From IMG/VR virus record IMGVR_UViG_3300025327_000007: a DNA stretch of 39,115 nt; one strand, written 5' to 3'. Source of the stretch: a virus. Of this stretch, positions 23,360 to 32,343 are shown piece after piece; position 1 is the stretch's first letter; every line of letters starts with the position of its first letter. The position numbers and the translations under genes are program-made. The notes beneath the pieces were generated by a model. The model ran no database searches. It was not told where the DNA came from and saw nothing but the letters and a program-made list of their open reading frames with translations.

Positions 23360-23653
23360 TCAGTACCGCTCGTCGGAGGCGTAGCGGCGCGCCTGGCCCT
23401 CGCGCATGTACTCGTCGAGCGCCTCGAGGAGCAGGTCGCGCTGAAGCGCCGGGCGGGCCGCCACAAACGCCGTGATGTCCCGGGGCCGGCCGTGACAGCC
23501 TTCGCGCGCGAGCAGCGTCGCGCGCGTGACGTAGGCGTCTCCGCCGTCCGGATCCAGCACCGCCGTCACCTCGACGACGTGATCCTGGGGATAGCGGGCC
23601 TGGCGGGGGGAGCAACCGTGACAGTCCAGCGAGGTCGCGAATAGGAAGCGCAT
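23360..23653 (-). CDS. First early-operon protein, hypothetical (97 aa)
   Basis: GGAGG lies 5 nt upstream of ATG 23653, about 12 nt into the predicted P2 transcript. Contains CHGC..CHG. Confidence 0.55.
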   Translation of the reverse strand: MRFLFATSLDCHGCSPRQARYPQDHVVEVTAVLDPDGGDAYVTRATLLAREGCHGRPRDITAFVAARPALQRDLLLEALDEYMREGQARRYASDERY

Positions 23654-23671
23654 GTCAACCTCCACGCCCCC

Positions 23672-23700
23672 AATATAGGCTACAAGCGCTAGCTTGTCAA
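23672..23700 (-). promoter_or_regulatory. Sigma70-type promoter P2 (TTGACA-17 nt-TATATT) with overlapping 16-bp palindrome
   Basis: Minus strand reads tacTTGACAAGCTAGCGCTTGTagccTATATTgggggcgtGGAGGttgacATG. The palindrome is ACAAGC-TAGC-GCTTGT. Confidence 0.6.
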
Positions 23701-23900
23701 GTACTTTTTGAGGAGAGGATTGGTCCGATACCGGCTCGGCTCGGACCTACACCGACAGGCGCTTCCCCGCGCTCAAAGCCAAGCCTGCTAGGCCGTTTCA
23801 CACTCGCACGGGTGAGGGGGGCTTGCTCCCGCCGCGGTTGCGCCCCGACCGGAACTGTTTGATGCGGCGCCGGATGAAACTCTTGCGCGAACTCTTGCGC

Positions 23901-24065
23901 TCATGCCGTTTTGCTCTTGGCAGCCTCGACCACCGCGGCACGGCGTGCGCGGATCTGACGTCCGCGGGCAAGACCGCCTAGGCGGGCGATCTCGGTCCGA
24001 CGCTCGGCGGTAAGCACAGCTCTCGAGCGACGCCCAAGGGCTACAGCAGCGGCAAGCTTCGTCAC
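23901..24065 (-). CDS. 54-aa basic protein (possible regulator), apparently leaderless
   Basis: The GTG lies 6 nt after the P3 -10. Sequence VTKLAAAVALGRRSRAVLTAERRTEIARLGGLARGRQIRARR... Confidence 0.4.
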   Translation of the reverse strand: MTKLAAAVALGRRSRAVLTAERRTEIARLGGLARGRQIRARRAAVVEAAKSKTA

Positions 24066-24071
24066 AACCCC

Positions 24072-24100
24072 AAGCTAGCGCATGTGGCGCCCGCTGTCAA
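24072..24100 (-). promoter_or_regulatory. Promoter P3 (TTGACA-17 nt-TAGCTT)
   Basis: Minus strand reads cggcTTGACAgcgggcgccacatgcgcTAGCTTggggttGTG. Confidence 0.45.
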
Positions 24101-24133
24101 GCCGTTTTCGAGGCTCCGACGCCCCTAGCTTCT

Positions 24134-24172
24134 CCCAGGAGCGCCCCAGGTGGCCCTGGGCGGCGTCCTGGG
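24134..24172 (-). terminator. Long GC-rich imperfect hairpin after the tailspike gene (putative terminator, no U tract)
   Basis: Outer stem CCCAGGA/TCCTGGG, inner stem CCCAGG/CCTGGG, tetraloop. It lies 19 nt past the stop at 24191. Confidence 0.35.
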
Positions 24173-24190
24173 GCTGGAAACGGCCTTGCG

Positions 24191-25507
24191 CTACCCGATG
24201 ACCTCGACGATCATGCCCTGTTGCCGGATGTCGTCGTTCGTCGTGGCCTCACCCGTGAACTTGATCGTCACAGCTCCCGACAGCGTCTCGGCTGGAGTCG
24301 CAACGGCTGGTGAGTACACGTCGGGCACACCTCCATAGCGCATCCACACCGTACCCTTCAGAACCTGCGTCGCGGCACCCGTACGGACGATGTACACCTC
24401 GGCATGCCAGAGGGCGGCATTGAACCCACCATTGAACAGCGAGATGTTCGTCGCGCCGAAGTACGCCTTGAGCTGCTTGTTGTTCGCGTTGCCTGCCGTG
24501 TCGCCCCACGTCAAGATGCGGATGAGTTTGCCGTTCGCATCGAGTGCGTTGGCGAGCAGCGAGTAGCTCATCAGGTCGTCTTCGCCAGCCCCAACGTTGC
24601 CGACCGTAGTCGTGTTGGTCGACACCCTGCCGGAGATGGTGGCGTCGGCGCTGGCGCTTGCACCGGGCCGGAAGGTCGCAGGAGCGTTGAACACTGGCGC
24701 GCTCGTGAAGGTCTTCACCCCCGAGCCAAGCGTCTGCGCCGCGAGCGACACGATGCCGGCGGCAGTCGCGGAGGCAGGCGTCAAGACCGACGTCGCAATC
24801 ACCAGCGACGTCGCGGAGTCCGCAACGCCCAAGATCCGTTGGTTCGCTGGTGCTGTGCTCGTGATCGCCCCGGGTGTCGCCGACACGTAGTACGTGCTGC
24901 CTGGCGTCAACCCAGCCAGTCCCGTCAAGCGCCCGCTCATGCGGATGCTGCCAGCCGCGGCCGATGCGATAGCGGAGGGCGCGAAACCGACAGCTTGTGG
25001 CAGCGTGCTCGAGTAGGTGTTGTCCGAGTCCGTCTTGTACCAGCGTCCAGCCGTGAGTCCGCCACTGCCATCGCTCACGTACACTGCATCACTCGCCGAC
25101 AGGGCTTCTCCTGCAGTACCCAACACGTCTAGGTCAGTGCTGATGTACGCAACCGCGCCCACGTTGTCCACCGTCCAATAGGCAGCGGTCGGCGGGTCGG
25201 TGTCCGTCGACGGCGCGAAGGTGAACTTGTAGGCAGTGGCACTCAGGAACACCGTCGCCTGCCCGGAAGAATCGCAGACGACGGGGTTCGCGTTGGGCGT
25301 GGCCAGCGTCGCATCGGTGTAGGTGTCGAGCTTCGTCGTGGTGCCAGACGCGTACGTGAACAGCTTCCCGCCGCTCACGATCGCTCCGTTGTTGTCCAGG
25401 CAGTAGAACTTCGGCGAGGGCATCACCGTTCCGGTCGCGCTCCATGCCTGGATCGAGAATGCGAGCAGCAAGACGCCGGCGAGGCTGAGCGTGCGCGTGC
25501 GGGTCAT
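24191..25507 (-). CDS. Tailspike/tail fibre with signal-like N-terminus
   Basis: FYCLDNNGAIVSGGKLFTYASGTTTKLDTYTD..NPVVCDSSGQATVFL is a common fibre N-domain pattern. This is the last gene of the structural operon. N-terminus MTRTRTLSLAGVLLLAFSIQAWSA. Confidence 0.7.
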   Translation of the reverse strand: MTRTRTLSLAGVLLLAFSIQAWSATGTVMPSPKFYCLDNNGAIVSGGKLFTYASGTTTKLDTYTDATLATPNANPVVCDSSGQATVFLSATAYKFTFAPSTDTDPPTAAYWTVDNVGAVAYISTDLDVLGTAGEALSASDAVYVSDGSGGLTAGRWYKTDSDNTYSSTLPQAVGFAPSAIASAAAGSIRMSGRLTGLAGLTPGSTYYVSATPGAITSTAPANQRILGVADSATSLVIATSVLTPASATAAGIVSLAAQTLGSGVKTFTSAPVFNAPATFRPGASASADATISGRVSTNTTTVGNVGAGEDDLMSYSLLANALDANGKLIRILTWGDTAGNANNKQLKAYFGATNISLFNGGFNAALWHAEVYIVRTGAATQVLKGTVWMRYGGVPDVYSPAVATPAETLSGAVTIKFTGEATTNDDIRQQGMIVEVIG

Positions 25508-27321
25508 CGCGTCCCTCGAACGATGCGATACGCCTCGGCCGCGCTAATGCCGAAGCGCCTGCTCAGCTTGTCCACGATGTATTCCTGCCGATGCCCGGCG
25601 CTTTTTAGCTCACGTAGCGCGATCTCGAGGAGTTCCTTGCGCGCGCCGGGCCCGGCTGTGGCCGGGACCGCGGGCAGGTGCGCGCCCACGGTGGTGTTTT
25701 CTGCGGGCATGGACCTACCTTTCGGACCGGCTTGCGCTCCTTTCGGGAGTGGAGGCCGGATCGGGTTGCGCGCGAAAGCGGGCGGCTCCGCGAGTACCTG
25801 GCGCATGGTCGGCGCCGCTGAGGGCGCAGCGGCTTGGGCGGCGGGTGCAGCACGCGCTCCAGCAATGGTGGCGATAGACGACCCTGAACGCTCACCCAAA
25901 ACAGCCAATACCTTGGGATTTTCTAGGGCCACCTCGCCTAGATCAGGACGGCCTATCGTTCGTCGATTCGATCCAACCAAAACCACTTTGTTGCCCCTGA
26001 GTCCATACCTATTGGCACGTTCGAGGGCTTCTTGAATGTTTTTTCCGGTTACCTCAACCACTGAAGTGCCGCCTTCAACCATAGCGCCAGTCGGTTTATC
26101 ATCGAGAAATTCACGACTGGCCTTGAGCGTTTCTCCCACTTTCACTTTGGATTTCCCGAGCACTCGAATGCCGTAGTGATCGTATTCGCCCTGCGAGAGA
26201 ACTCGTGAGATTGCGGCTGACGGTTCGATCGCTGGGATCGGACGTGCGGGCCCGCGCGCGAACGCGGGCGGCTCGGCGAGCGCCTGGCGCATAGAACCGG
26301 GCTTCGTAGCCGATGCCTTCTCGACCAGCTTGCCCAACGTCATTGTGGTTGCGGTTACTCCCTTCGCAGCCAGAGACGAAACGGGGATCCACGATCCATC
26401 TGCAGCTTGATACTCGAGCATGTCGGACTTGATGGGCTCGCGCGTATAGAGATCACCAGTGCTCTCCCTCCGGATGTGTGGGCCGACCTTGGTCCTGACG
26501 ACAACCGCCTGGCCATGCTCAGGAGCGAATTGGCGAACCCCCTCCGCTGTTTTCCCGAAATAGGCACGCCGTTCAATGGCGCCATCAGGCCACGCGCGCT
26601 GATCTGTTCCATAGCTTGGTCGATACGTTTTCAGCTTGCCGGCGCTTGCGATATCCTCAAGCCTTTCGGCGTTTGTTGCGTGGTAAACGTACCCCTTTTC
26701 GATCGCTGCAGGCGTTGCAGCCGCCTCCGGCGCCGCACGCGCAACGGTGGGCGCGGCTTTCGCCGCTCGCGCTGCCGCAGGCGCGGCCTTCGTACCACGA
26801 GCGATGCCAGCCGCGTTCTCGATCAGCGCGCGCTTCTTTCCGAACTTCCAAAGCGGGCCTGATCCTTTTTGCCCCATCCCGAGCATCGCGCCCGTCTTAG
26901 CGCCCTGCAGCAAACTCCCGCCTCCGATGATCGGCACCATTTCCAGAGCGGCGCCCATGGCGGCGCCCTTCGCCATCGGCCAAACCTTGCCGCCGAACTT
27001 CTGCGCGAGTTGGCTGAGTAGGCCCGTTCCGGCGACCGCACGCGCTGCGCCCCCGGCCACCGCACGCACACCGAGGCCCGCCAGCCCACCGGGGCCTGCG
27101 GCCAACAGCGACTGCCGCACCATCTCCGCGCCGCGCTCCGGATTGAGTAGGTCGCTTTCATCGAAAGGCGCCGGCTCTGCACTACGACCCGCACCGAGTC
27201 TCTGGTACAGGCGCGCACGGTCCTGCTCGCTCAACTGCTCGAACGCCGCGAGCACCTTCTCGCGCTCGTCTTCGCGCAGCTTCGCCCACGCGGGATGACT
27301 CTGAAGAGTCTCGAGCGGCAT
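25504..27321 (-). CDS. Ejection/internal virion protein, multidomain (605 aa)
   Basis: Position matches the P22 gp7/20/16 block. It has a Gly/Ala-rich TM-like segment and two lower-GC globular inserts. Confidence 0.6.
   Translation of the reverse strand: MPLETLQSHPAWAKLREDEREKVLAAFEQLSEQDRARLYQRLGAGRSAEPAPFDESDLLNPERGAEMVRQSLLAAGPGGLAGLGVRAVAGGAARAVAGTGLLSQLAQKFGGKVWPMAKGAAMGAALEMVPIIGGGSLLQGAKTGAMLGMGQKGSGPLWKFGKKRALIENAAGIARGTKAAPAAARAAKAAPTVARAAPEAAATPAAIEKGYVYHATNAERLEDIASAGKLKTYRPSYGTDQRAWPDGAIERRAYFGKTAEGVRQFAPEHGQAVVVRTKVGPHIRRESTGDLYTREPIKSDMLEYQAADGSWIPVSSLAAKGVTATTMTLGKLVEKASATKPGSMRQALAEPPAFARGPARPIPAIEPSAAISRVLSQGEYDHYGIRVLGKSKVKVGETLKASREFLDDKPTGAMVEGGTSVVEVTGKNIQEALERANRYGLRGNKVVLVGSNRRTIGRPDLGEVALENPKVLAVLGERSGSSIATIAGARAAPAAQAAAPSAAPTMRQVLAEPPAFARNPIRPPLPKGAQAGPKGRSMPAENTTVGAHLPAVPATAGPGARKELLEIALRELKSAGHRQEYIVDKLSRRFGISAAEAYRIVRGTR
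25768..25806. repeat. 39-bp direct repeat, copy 1 (encodes MRQVLAEPPAFAR)
   Basis: 35/39 identity to 26254..26292. The offset is 486 bp, which is in frame. Confidence 0.85.
26254..26292. repeat. 39-bp direct repeat, copy 2 (encodes MRQALAEPPAFAR)
   Basis: See copy 1. Confidence 0.85.
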
Positions 27322-28700
27322 CAGCGGCGCCCGGCTGCGTTAAAGATCGAGAGGATCTCGGACACCGGATCTGACTCTGGCTCATTCGCCACGCCCAGGT
27401 CGACTCCGGAGAGCGCCTTGTAGTCGCGCGCCGCAGACTTAAGCAGGCCCGAAACCGCCATGGTGTTGTGGTCAAGCGGCTTGTTAGGGTCGGTGGCGAA
27501 CTTGAGAATCCGCTGCATCTCACCCGGGCTGATCGCTGCACCAGACCGCTTGCGCAGCTCGGTGTCCGACAGCGAGGTCATGAGTTGGAGCGCCCGACGC
27601 ACCGACCCCGGAAGCGACATGACAGTGCCCCGGGCTTGCGCCCATCGCCCAGCAACCGGGCCCACCGCCGCCTGAACCTCTGGGTCCGCTAGCAAGTCGT
27701 TCAACTCTTTCGCGTCGGCTACGATCCCAGCCAGCGTGATGCCCTTGCCTTGCGCCGCAGCAGTCTCGAACACAGGCAGCCCGCGCTCCATCGCCTGGCG
27801 GCGCACTTCAGACTTCTTCGTCGGACCATAGCTGGAGAGCACAACGCCCTCGGGGCTCAACGTCATCTCCTCGTCACCGCCGGGTGGCTTCCCTCTCGCC
27901 GTACCGCGCGCTCGTGCGGCTGCCTCGGCCTCGATCCGCGAGAGCGGCTGTTCGGGCGCCGGCGCGCTTTCGCGCGTGAGCCCCGGCACGTCCTCGACGA
28001 TCTCAATCCGCTCGCCGCCCCCAGGCTGGCGCGTCTTGATCTCACGCGTCTTTGGTTTCCTCGCCTCCAGTTCCTTCCGGAACCGCTCGGACTGTCCCTG
28101 TAGGTGCTGCAGTAGCGGCTTCAGCTTCGATGGGTCCTCCTTCACGGTGGCCTCGAGGCGCTCCATCTGCTGCGGGAAGTGCTGGCGGAAGTACTTGGAC
28201 ACCAGCTCCATGCCGACGTCTTGCAACGGCGTCTCCAGCAGGCTCTCTGCGATGCGCGCACCCTTCGCCAGCACGTACGCGGTGCTCTCGTCAGCCTGAA
28301 GCCGCGAGGACTCGAGCTCCTGGTAGATCTTCCGCGCTCCGAGTTGCGCGTCGGGAGGCAGTGAGCTCACCGCTGCATTGATGTCGAAGTCCTCTTGGCC
28401 ATACCCACCGAGAGCGCCACTGACAGCCTCCTCCCTCTGCTCTCCTCGTTCCAGGGCAGCCATCTGGCGCTCACGGAAGGCGGTGGCAGCCTCACGCTCG
28501 GTGCTCTCCGCACGCAGCCGCGGAGCATCCGCGATAGCTCCACCGATGCCGGACGCCGCTCGAGCGATCGCGTCTCCCCAGATCTCTCCGCTGCGTGCGG
28601 CGCCCGCAGCACGCGCTTGGCCCGCAGCCAGGATCAGATCGGCGATGCGGTTCCGGGGCCGGTAGTAGTCGGCTGGCGCGTACGGGATCGCGGCTGGCAT
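27321..28700 (-). CDS. Ejection/internal virion protein (459 aa)
   Basis: Tracked ORF; helical and charged. Assigned by position. Confidence 0.55.
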   Translation of the reverse strand: MPAAIPYAPADYYRPRNRIADLILAAGQARAAGAARSGEIWGDAIARAASGIGGAIADAPRLRAESTEREAATAFRERQMAALERGEQREEAVSGALGGYGQEDFDINAAVSSLPPDAQLGARKIYQELESSRLQADESTAYVLAKGARIAESLLETPLQDVGMELVSKYFRQHFPQQMERLEATVKEDPSKLKPLLQHLQGQSERFRKELEARKPKTREIKTRQPGGGERIEIVEDVPGLTRESAPAPEQPLSRIEAEAAARARGTARGKPPGGDEEMTLSPEGVVLSSYGPTKKSEVRRQAMERGLPVFETAAAQGKGITLAGIVADAKELNDLLADPEVQAAVGPVAGRWAQARGTVMSLPGSVRRALQLMTSLSDTELRKRSGAAISPGEMQRILKFATDPNKPLDHNTMAVSGLLKSAARDYKALSGVDLGVANEPESDPVSEILSIFNAAGRR

Positions 28701-28706
28701 GCTGCG

Positions 28707-29342
28707 TTATCCGGCTCCGGCTCCTAGAATCGCAGCCTCGCGTTGCGCACGGAGCTGCTGCTCGAGCGCCCACTGATCGTAGGTGCGCGCCCAGTCCAGC
28801 TCCGCGCCACGCAGGCCCGCAGCACTGCGTGCGTTCCATTCCGCGAGCAACGGCGCGTACTCGTCGCGGCTGCCCTGATAGAGACGGTCGAACGCGGAGA
28901 GAGCGCGGTTGAATACGTCTCCGTAGTGCTGAGTCGCGAAGCGGTCGCCCCACGCCACGATGTCCTTGAGCGTGCCCCCCGTACGCAGCGTACCCCTGCC
29001 GGATGCAGACGCCTCGAGCGCCCGGCGGCCTTCCTCGGCTCCGAACTTGTAACCAGGCTCCTCCAGCGCCTCCGCTGCCGAGGGCGCCCGGAACACCGGA
29101 GCCCGGAAGCGCGGGACGCCAGGCACGTTGTACCGGAAGCTCATCGGGCCCGAGAACGGCGAGAAGCCGAGGTCTTCACCTCCGCCCTCACCTCCGACTT
29201 CAACTTCGCCTGTGGGCTGCTTCGGGAATTCTAGCGGCCCTGGAGACTCCGGAGGCGGCGGTGGCGGCCCTGGCTCAGGTTGGCATGGCGAGCCGTCTGG
29301 TGTGTACCCGTCCGGGCCGCACGGTTCCCTTGAGGCGATCAT
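28707..29342 (-). CDS. Internal virion protein, Pro-rich N-terminus (211 aa)
   Basis: Tracked ORF with ATGA coupling. Confidence 0.55.
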   Translation of the reverse strand: MIASREPCGPDGYTPDGSPCQPEPGPPPPPPESPGPLEFPKQPTGEVEVGGEGGGEDLGFSPFSGPMSFRYNVPGVPRFRAPVFRAPSAAEALEEPGYKFGAEEGRRALEASASGRGTLRTGGTLKDIVAWGDRFATQHYGDVFNRALSAFDRLYQGSRDEYAPLLAEWNARSAAGLRGAELDWARTYDQWALEQQLRAQREAAILGAGAG

Positions 29343-29536
29343 GTCGAAACCTCACGTTTCGAAACGTAGTCACGCAGCGTGCGCCGTACAGTATGCGCCA
29401 CTGCTTGGATCCGCCGCGGGCTGTACCGGCAGCGGTCGCAGATCCACTTCCGGCACCTCCCACACCACCGAGCAGTAGCTTTCGGCGTGCGGTCGCCGTC
29501 GACAGCGAAGCACACGTCGCAGGGCTGGTCAGGCAC
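29339..29536 (-). CDS. Zinc-ribbon protein (65 aa) inside the structural operon
   Basis: VPDQPCDVC..CGRC..CDRC. The GTG lies 8 nt inside the upstream gene. Confidence 0.45.
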   Translation of the reverse strand: MPDQPCDVCFAVDGDRTPKATARWCGRCRKWICDRCRYSPRRIQAVAHTVRRTLRDYVSKREVST

Positions 29537-29999
29537 CGTAGTTGCTCCAGTCCTGCCAGTTCCGGATGCTGAAGCGCGGCCCGACCAACGCAGGCGTCTC
29601 AGGCTCCGAGCGCAGTGTCGGAACCGAACCGGCGATGGCGCCCAACGTGAGCCGGCGTTTGACTGACTCCGTCGCACCAGGCGTCCAACCTGCCGGCATC
29701 TCGGTAGGCGTCACGCGCGCCGTGCTGGGCCTGCCACCGTACCGGGAGATGATGCGCTCAGCCGCTTCGCGATACGGCCTGCGCCGCTCCTGCTCCGCGT
29801 CCCACTGCGCTTTCAGCGCTGCTTGCTGCTCGTCATACCGCCGTTTGTCCTCCGCCGCTTGCTCGCGTTCGAACCTGAGGGCCTCCTCCGCCGCCCGTGC
29901 TTGCTGCGTACTCGCTCGGTTCGACGCACGCGACGACAGACCGCCACCGAGGAGCCCGCCCGCCGCCGTGATGGCTGCGGCTGCTACTGCGTCCGGCAT
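29529..29999 (-). CDS. Internal virion protein (156 aa)
   Basis: Tracked ORF. Gly/Ala hydrophobic N-terminus followed by a charged helix. Confidence 0.55.
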   Translation of the reverse strand: MPDAVAAAAITAAGGLLGGGLSSRASNRASTQQARAAEEALRFEREQAAEDKRRYDEQQAALKAQWDAEQERRRPYREAAERIISRYGGRPSTARVTPTEMPAGWTPGATESVKRRLTLGAIAGSVPTLRSEPETPALVGPRFSIRNWQDWSNYGA

Positions 30000-30400
30000 T
30001 CTGATCCTTCGCTTTCTGGCTGAAGCCTCTGTGGCTGGAGTGGCAGCACGTAGAAGTCCGCCGGCAGCTTCTGCCCTCCAATCCGAGCCAAGATGTCCCG
30101 CATGTGGTCGTCAGCCGCGGCACCAAACGCCCAGCCATTCGCCCACCGGTTTGCGGCTGCGACCATGATCCGCATCAGTCGCCTTGCGGTCCCAGCGTTC
30201 CCACGATGGTCATCGGCCATCCACAAGCCCTCGAAGCACGGTACCCGAAGAACGCCGCAACACGCAACGATGCGTGCATCGTTCTCGACCACCACCATGT
30301 CCATTTCGCCCGGTCGCACGTACCGCCAGAGGGGAGGCAGCTGCGCGATCTTCAGTCGGTCCCATTCGTACGTCGGGAGAATGCGCTCTTGCTGACTCAT
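29984..30400 (-). CDS. GNAT-like acetyltransferase (tentative, 138 aa)
   Basis: ATGA-coupled start MSQQERIL... The stretch VVVENDARIVACCGVL..LWMADDHRGNAGTARRLM resembles GNAT motif A. Confidence 0.4.
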   Translation of the reverse strand: MSQQERILPTYEWDRLKIAQLPPLWRYVRPGEMDMVVVENDARIVACCGVLRVPCFEGLWMADDHRGNAGTARRLMRIMVAAANRWANGWAFGAAADDHMRDILARIGGQKLPADFYVLPLQPQRLQPESEGSECRTQ

Positions 30401-30873
30401 GCCGCCAACCGCTCCAGGGTCATGTGCAGATCGTACTTCATCGGCGTAGCTCCCACCGATGCGTACGTCGTCGAGAACGAGATGGGCGAGCTCTGATCCA
30501 CGTGGATCAGCATGCTCCCGGCGCTCACCGTCGTCAAGCTGTTCCCGGTCATCGCCGACCCGGCGAGCGACAGCGACGCCCCCCGGTTGGTCCACAGGAA
30601 CGTCACGATCAGACTGCTCGACACGGTTGCCGCCTGGACGACCTGCGCGTAGTACGCCAGCCGGTAGATCCCTGCCGGCACGCTCGTCACGTCGAATGGA
30701 GTCGTACCGATGGACGCGCTCTGATCCAGCAAGCTCTTGCTCGTGAGTACCCGCGCAGCCTGCACGATCTCCTGGGTCTGGTTGGTGAAGTACTTGATCC
30801 AGGTCTCGGTGATGAACCCGAGCCTGCTCACGAGCGCATCGGCCACCGGCATCGGAACGGGAAGAAGTGGCAT
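30397..30873 (-). CDS. Tail needle/fibre-like beta-rich protein (158 aa)
   Basis: Tracked ORF. It lies after the gp10-like gene, as P22 gp26 does. Confidence 0.5.
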   Translation of the reverse strand: MPLLPVPMPVADALVSRLGFITETWIKYFTNQTQEIVQAARVLTSKSLLDQSASIGTTPFDVTSVPAGIYRLAYYAQVVQAATVSSSLIVTFLWTNRGASLSLAGSAMTGNSLTTVSAGSMLIHVDQSSPISFSTTYASVGATPMKYDLHMTLERLAA

Positions 30874-32343
30874 TTATGCCGCCCTCCCGATTCCAGGGTT
30901 GGCGCGCTCGAACCCGGGCAAGTAGGCGTTGGTCAGGCGCCAAGGAATCGGGTCGGTGACGGAAACCTCAAACACCCGGCGCCGCGCAGCTCCACAACGG
31001 AGCCACCGCACTCGAGTCTCGTACTCGCCGAGTTTTCCGGCCGAGCGCACGACCTCGAATCCCCACGTCTTGCCGTTGTCGTTGCTCATCCGCAGCATCA
31101 CCTGCGGGTTGGATCCCTGGCCAGTACCCGTCACGCCGAGACCGGACTCGAGGTCAAGCTCGAACGCCGGATAGTACAGCAACCGATTCTCGCTCACGAG
31201 TGCTGGAGATCTACGCACGCGCCGAATGGGCCGATCTCCCGCGTCCACCCCAAACGACGGTCCCATGCGATAGACGGCTCCCGACGTGCGGTCAAGCATG
31301 CGGTGTTCGCCGAACGCAAACGCATGAAACGCAGATCGCCACGCGTCGAACCTCGACATTTCCGCGATCCACGTCCCTCGCTCGTGCCACGCTACACTCG
31401 CCGGCAGCGCCGCATCGTGTACCCATGTCGCGTTCGCCGTACCCAGGGAGAGCAAGTAAAACGTGTGGCCCCTGTCCTCGTAGCTGTCGCCGATGCCGTC
31501 ATCGAGACTGGCGTACCCGTTCAACGTATTCGCGAGCGCCACAGTACTGACGATCTCGACTGCGAGTCCCGGAGTCCGTACAACCACGCCCTGACCGTTG
31601 GCTGTAGCGGCCACCCACACGAGTGTGGCTCCCACGATCTCGGCTGAGAACGGAGCCGCTATCCCGTACGGCATCAATCCCGACGGATGGAACACGAACG
31701 GAATCGGAGACTCGCCGGCGTTGTACCAGGCTTCTCCGGTCTGCGCGCCCATCAAGTACAAATACCCGTTCGCCGCACGGATCGCGCGAAGCGGATCGGC
31801 TGCCTTGCTACGCCGAATGAACTGCGTCGGATCCCAAGTCGCGAAGTCGAGCAGGTCGGAAATGCGCACCGTCGACGTCGCATCGTCGAGGACGAGCCCG
31901 TAACCGTCGAGCGTGTCGCCCATCGTCGCAAGCCCCGCTAGCGCCGCAACAGCCGCAAACGTGTTCGTGCTGAGAATGAACGTGTACGCGTTACGGCCGC
32001 TCGTGATGAGCAACTCACCCACGGTGTTGAGTGAGATGGTGGCGGGGTTCCCGTCGATCGCAACCGTCCCGCGGTTGGTGATCGCCCCGTTTTCGGCGAT
32101 CTCGTTAAACCGCGTACCCTGCACGGCGAACTCCCGCTGGGTCTGCGGATCGAAGATGTGCGCTCGGCCAGGAGAGCCCTGGTCAGTCGCGATCAACTCC
32201 ACACCGGGAGTCGGATTGCACGACCAACGCGCAGTCGCCCCGGGGCTCTCAGCGCGCTCAAGGTACCAATTCATGAGCCGCTGTTGGTCGAGGTTGGGAG
32301 CCTGTGCCACATTCGACGGGCCCAGGAAACTCGGGAACTCCAT
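30874..32343 (-). CDS. Tail hub protein, P22 gp10 (Phage_stabilise) / tail tubular B-like (489 aa)
   Basis: Start MEFPSFLG..QQRLMNWYLE. Size and position match gp10. C-terminus ..NDNGKTWG..LGEYETRVRWLRCG. Confidence 0.65.
   Translation of the reverse strand: MEFPSFLGPSNVAQAPNLDQQRLMNWYLERAESPGATARWSCNPTPGVELIATDQGSPGRAHIFDPQTQREFAVQGTRFNEIAENGAITNRGTVAIDGNPATISLNTVGELLITSGRNAYTFILSTNTFAAVAALAGLATMGDTLDGYGLVLDDATSTVRISDLLDFATWDPTQFIRRSKAADPLRAIRAANGYLYLMGAQTGEAWYNAGESPIPFVFHPSGLMPYGIAAPFSAEIVGATLVWVAATANGQGVVVRTPGLAVEIVSTVALANTLNGYASLDDGIGDSYEDRGHTFYLLSLGTANATWVHDAALPASVAWHERGTWIAEMSRFDAWRSAFHAFAFGEHRMLDRTSGAVYRMGPSFGVDAGDRPIRRVRRSPALVSENRLLYYPAFELDLESGLGVTGTGQGSNPQVMLRMSNDNGKTWGFEVVRSAGKLGEYETRVRWLRCGAARRRVFEVSVTDPIPWRLTNAYLPGFERANPGIGRAA

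Noticed and set aside
23722-23747. Hairpin GGTCCGA-N12-TCGGACC as an intrinsic terminator
   Set aside because: No U tract follows it on the minus-strand transcript. The nearby T run is on the wrong side or strand. I kept it only as a structural note.
23789-23903. 38-aa ORF (MSARVRARVSSGAASNSSGRGATAAGASPPHPCECETA) ATGA-coupled to the 54-aa protein gene
   Set aside because: Its composition is low-complexity and it overlaps the tandem 12-mer repeat. The region is more likely regulatory DNA than coding.
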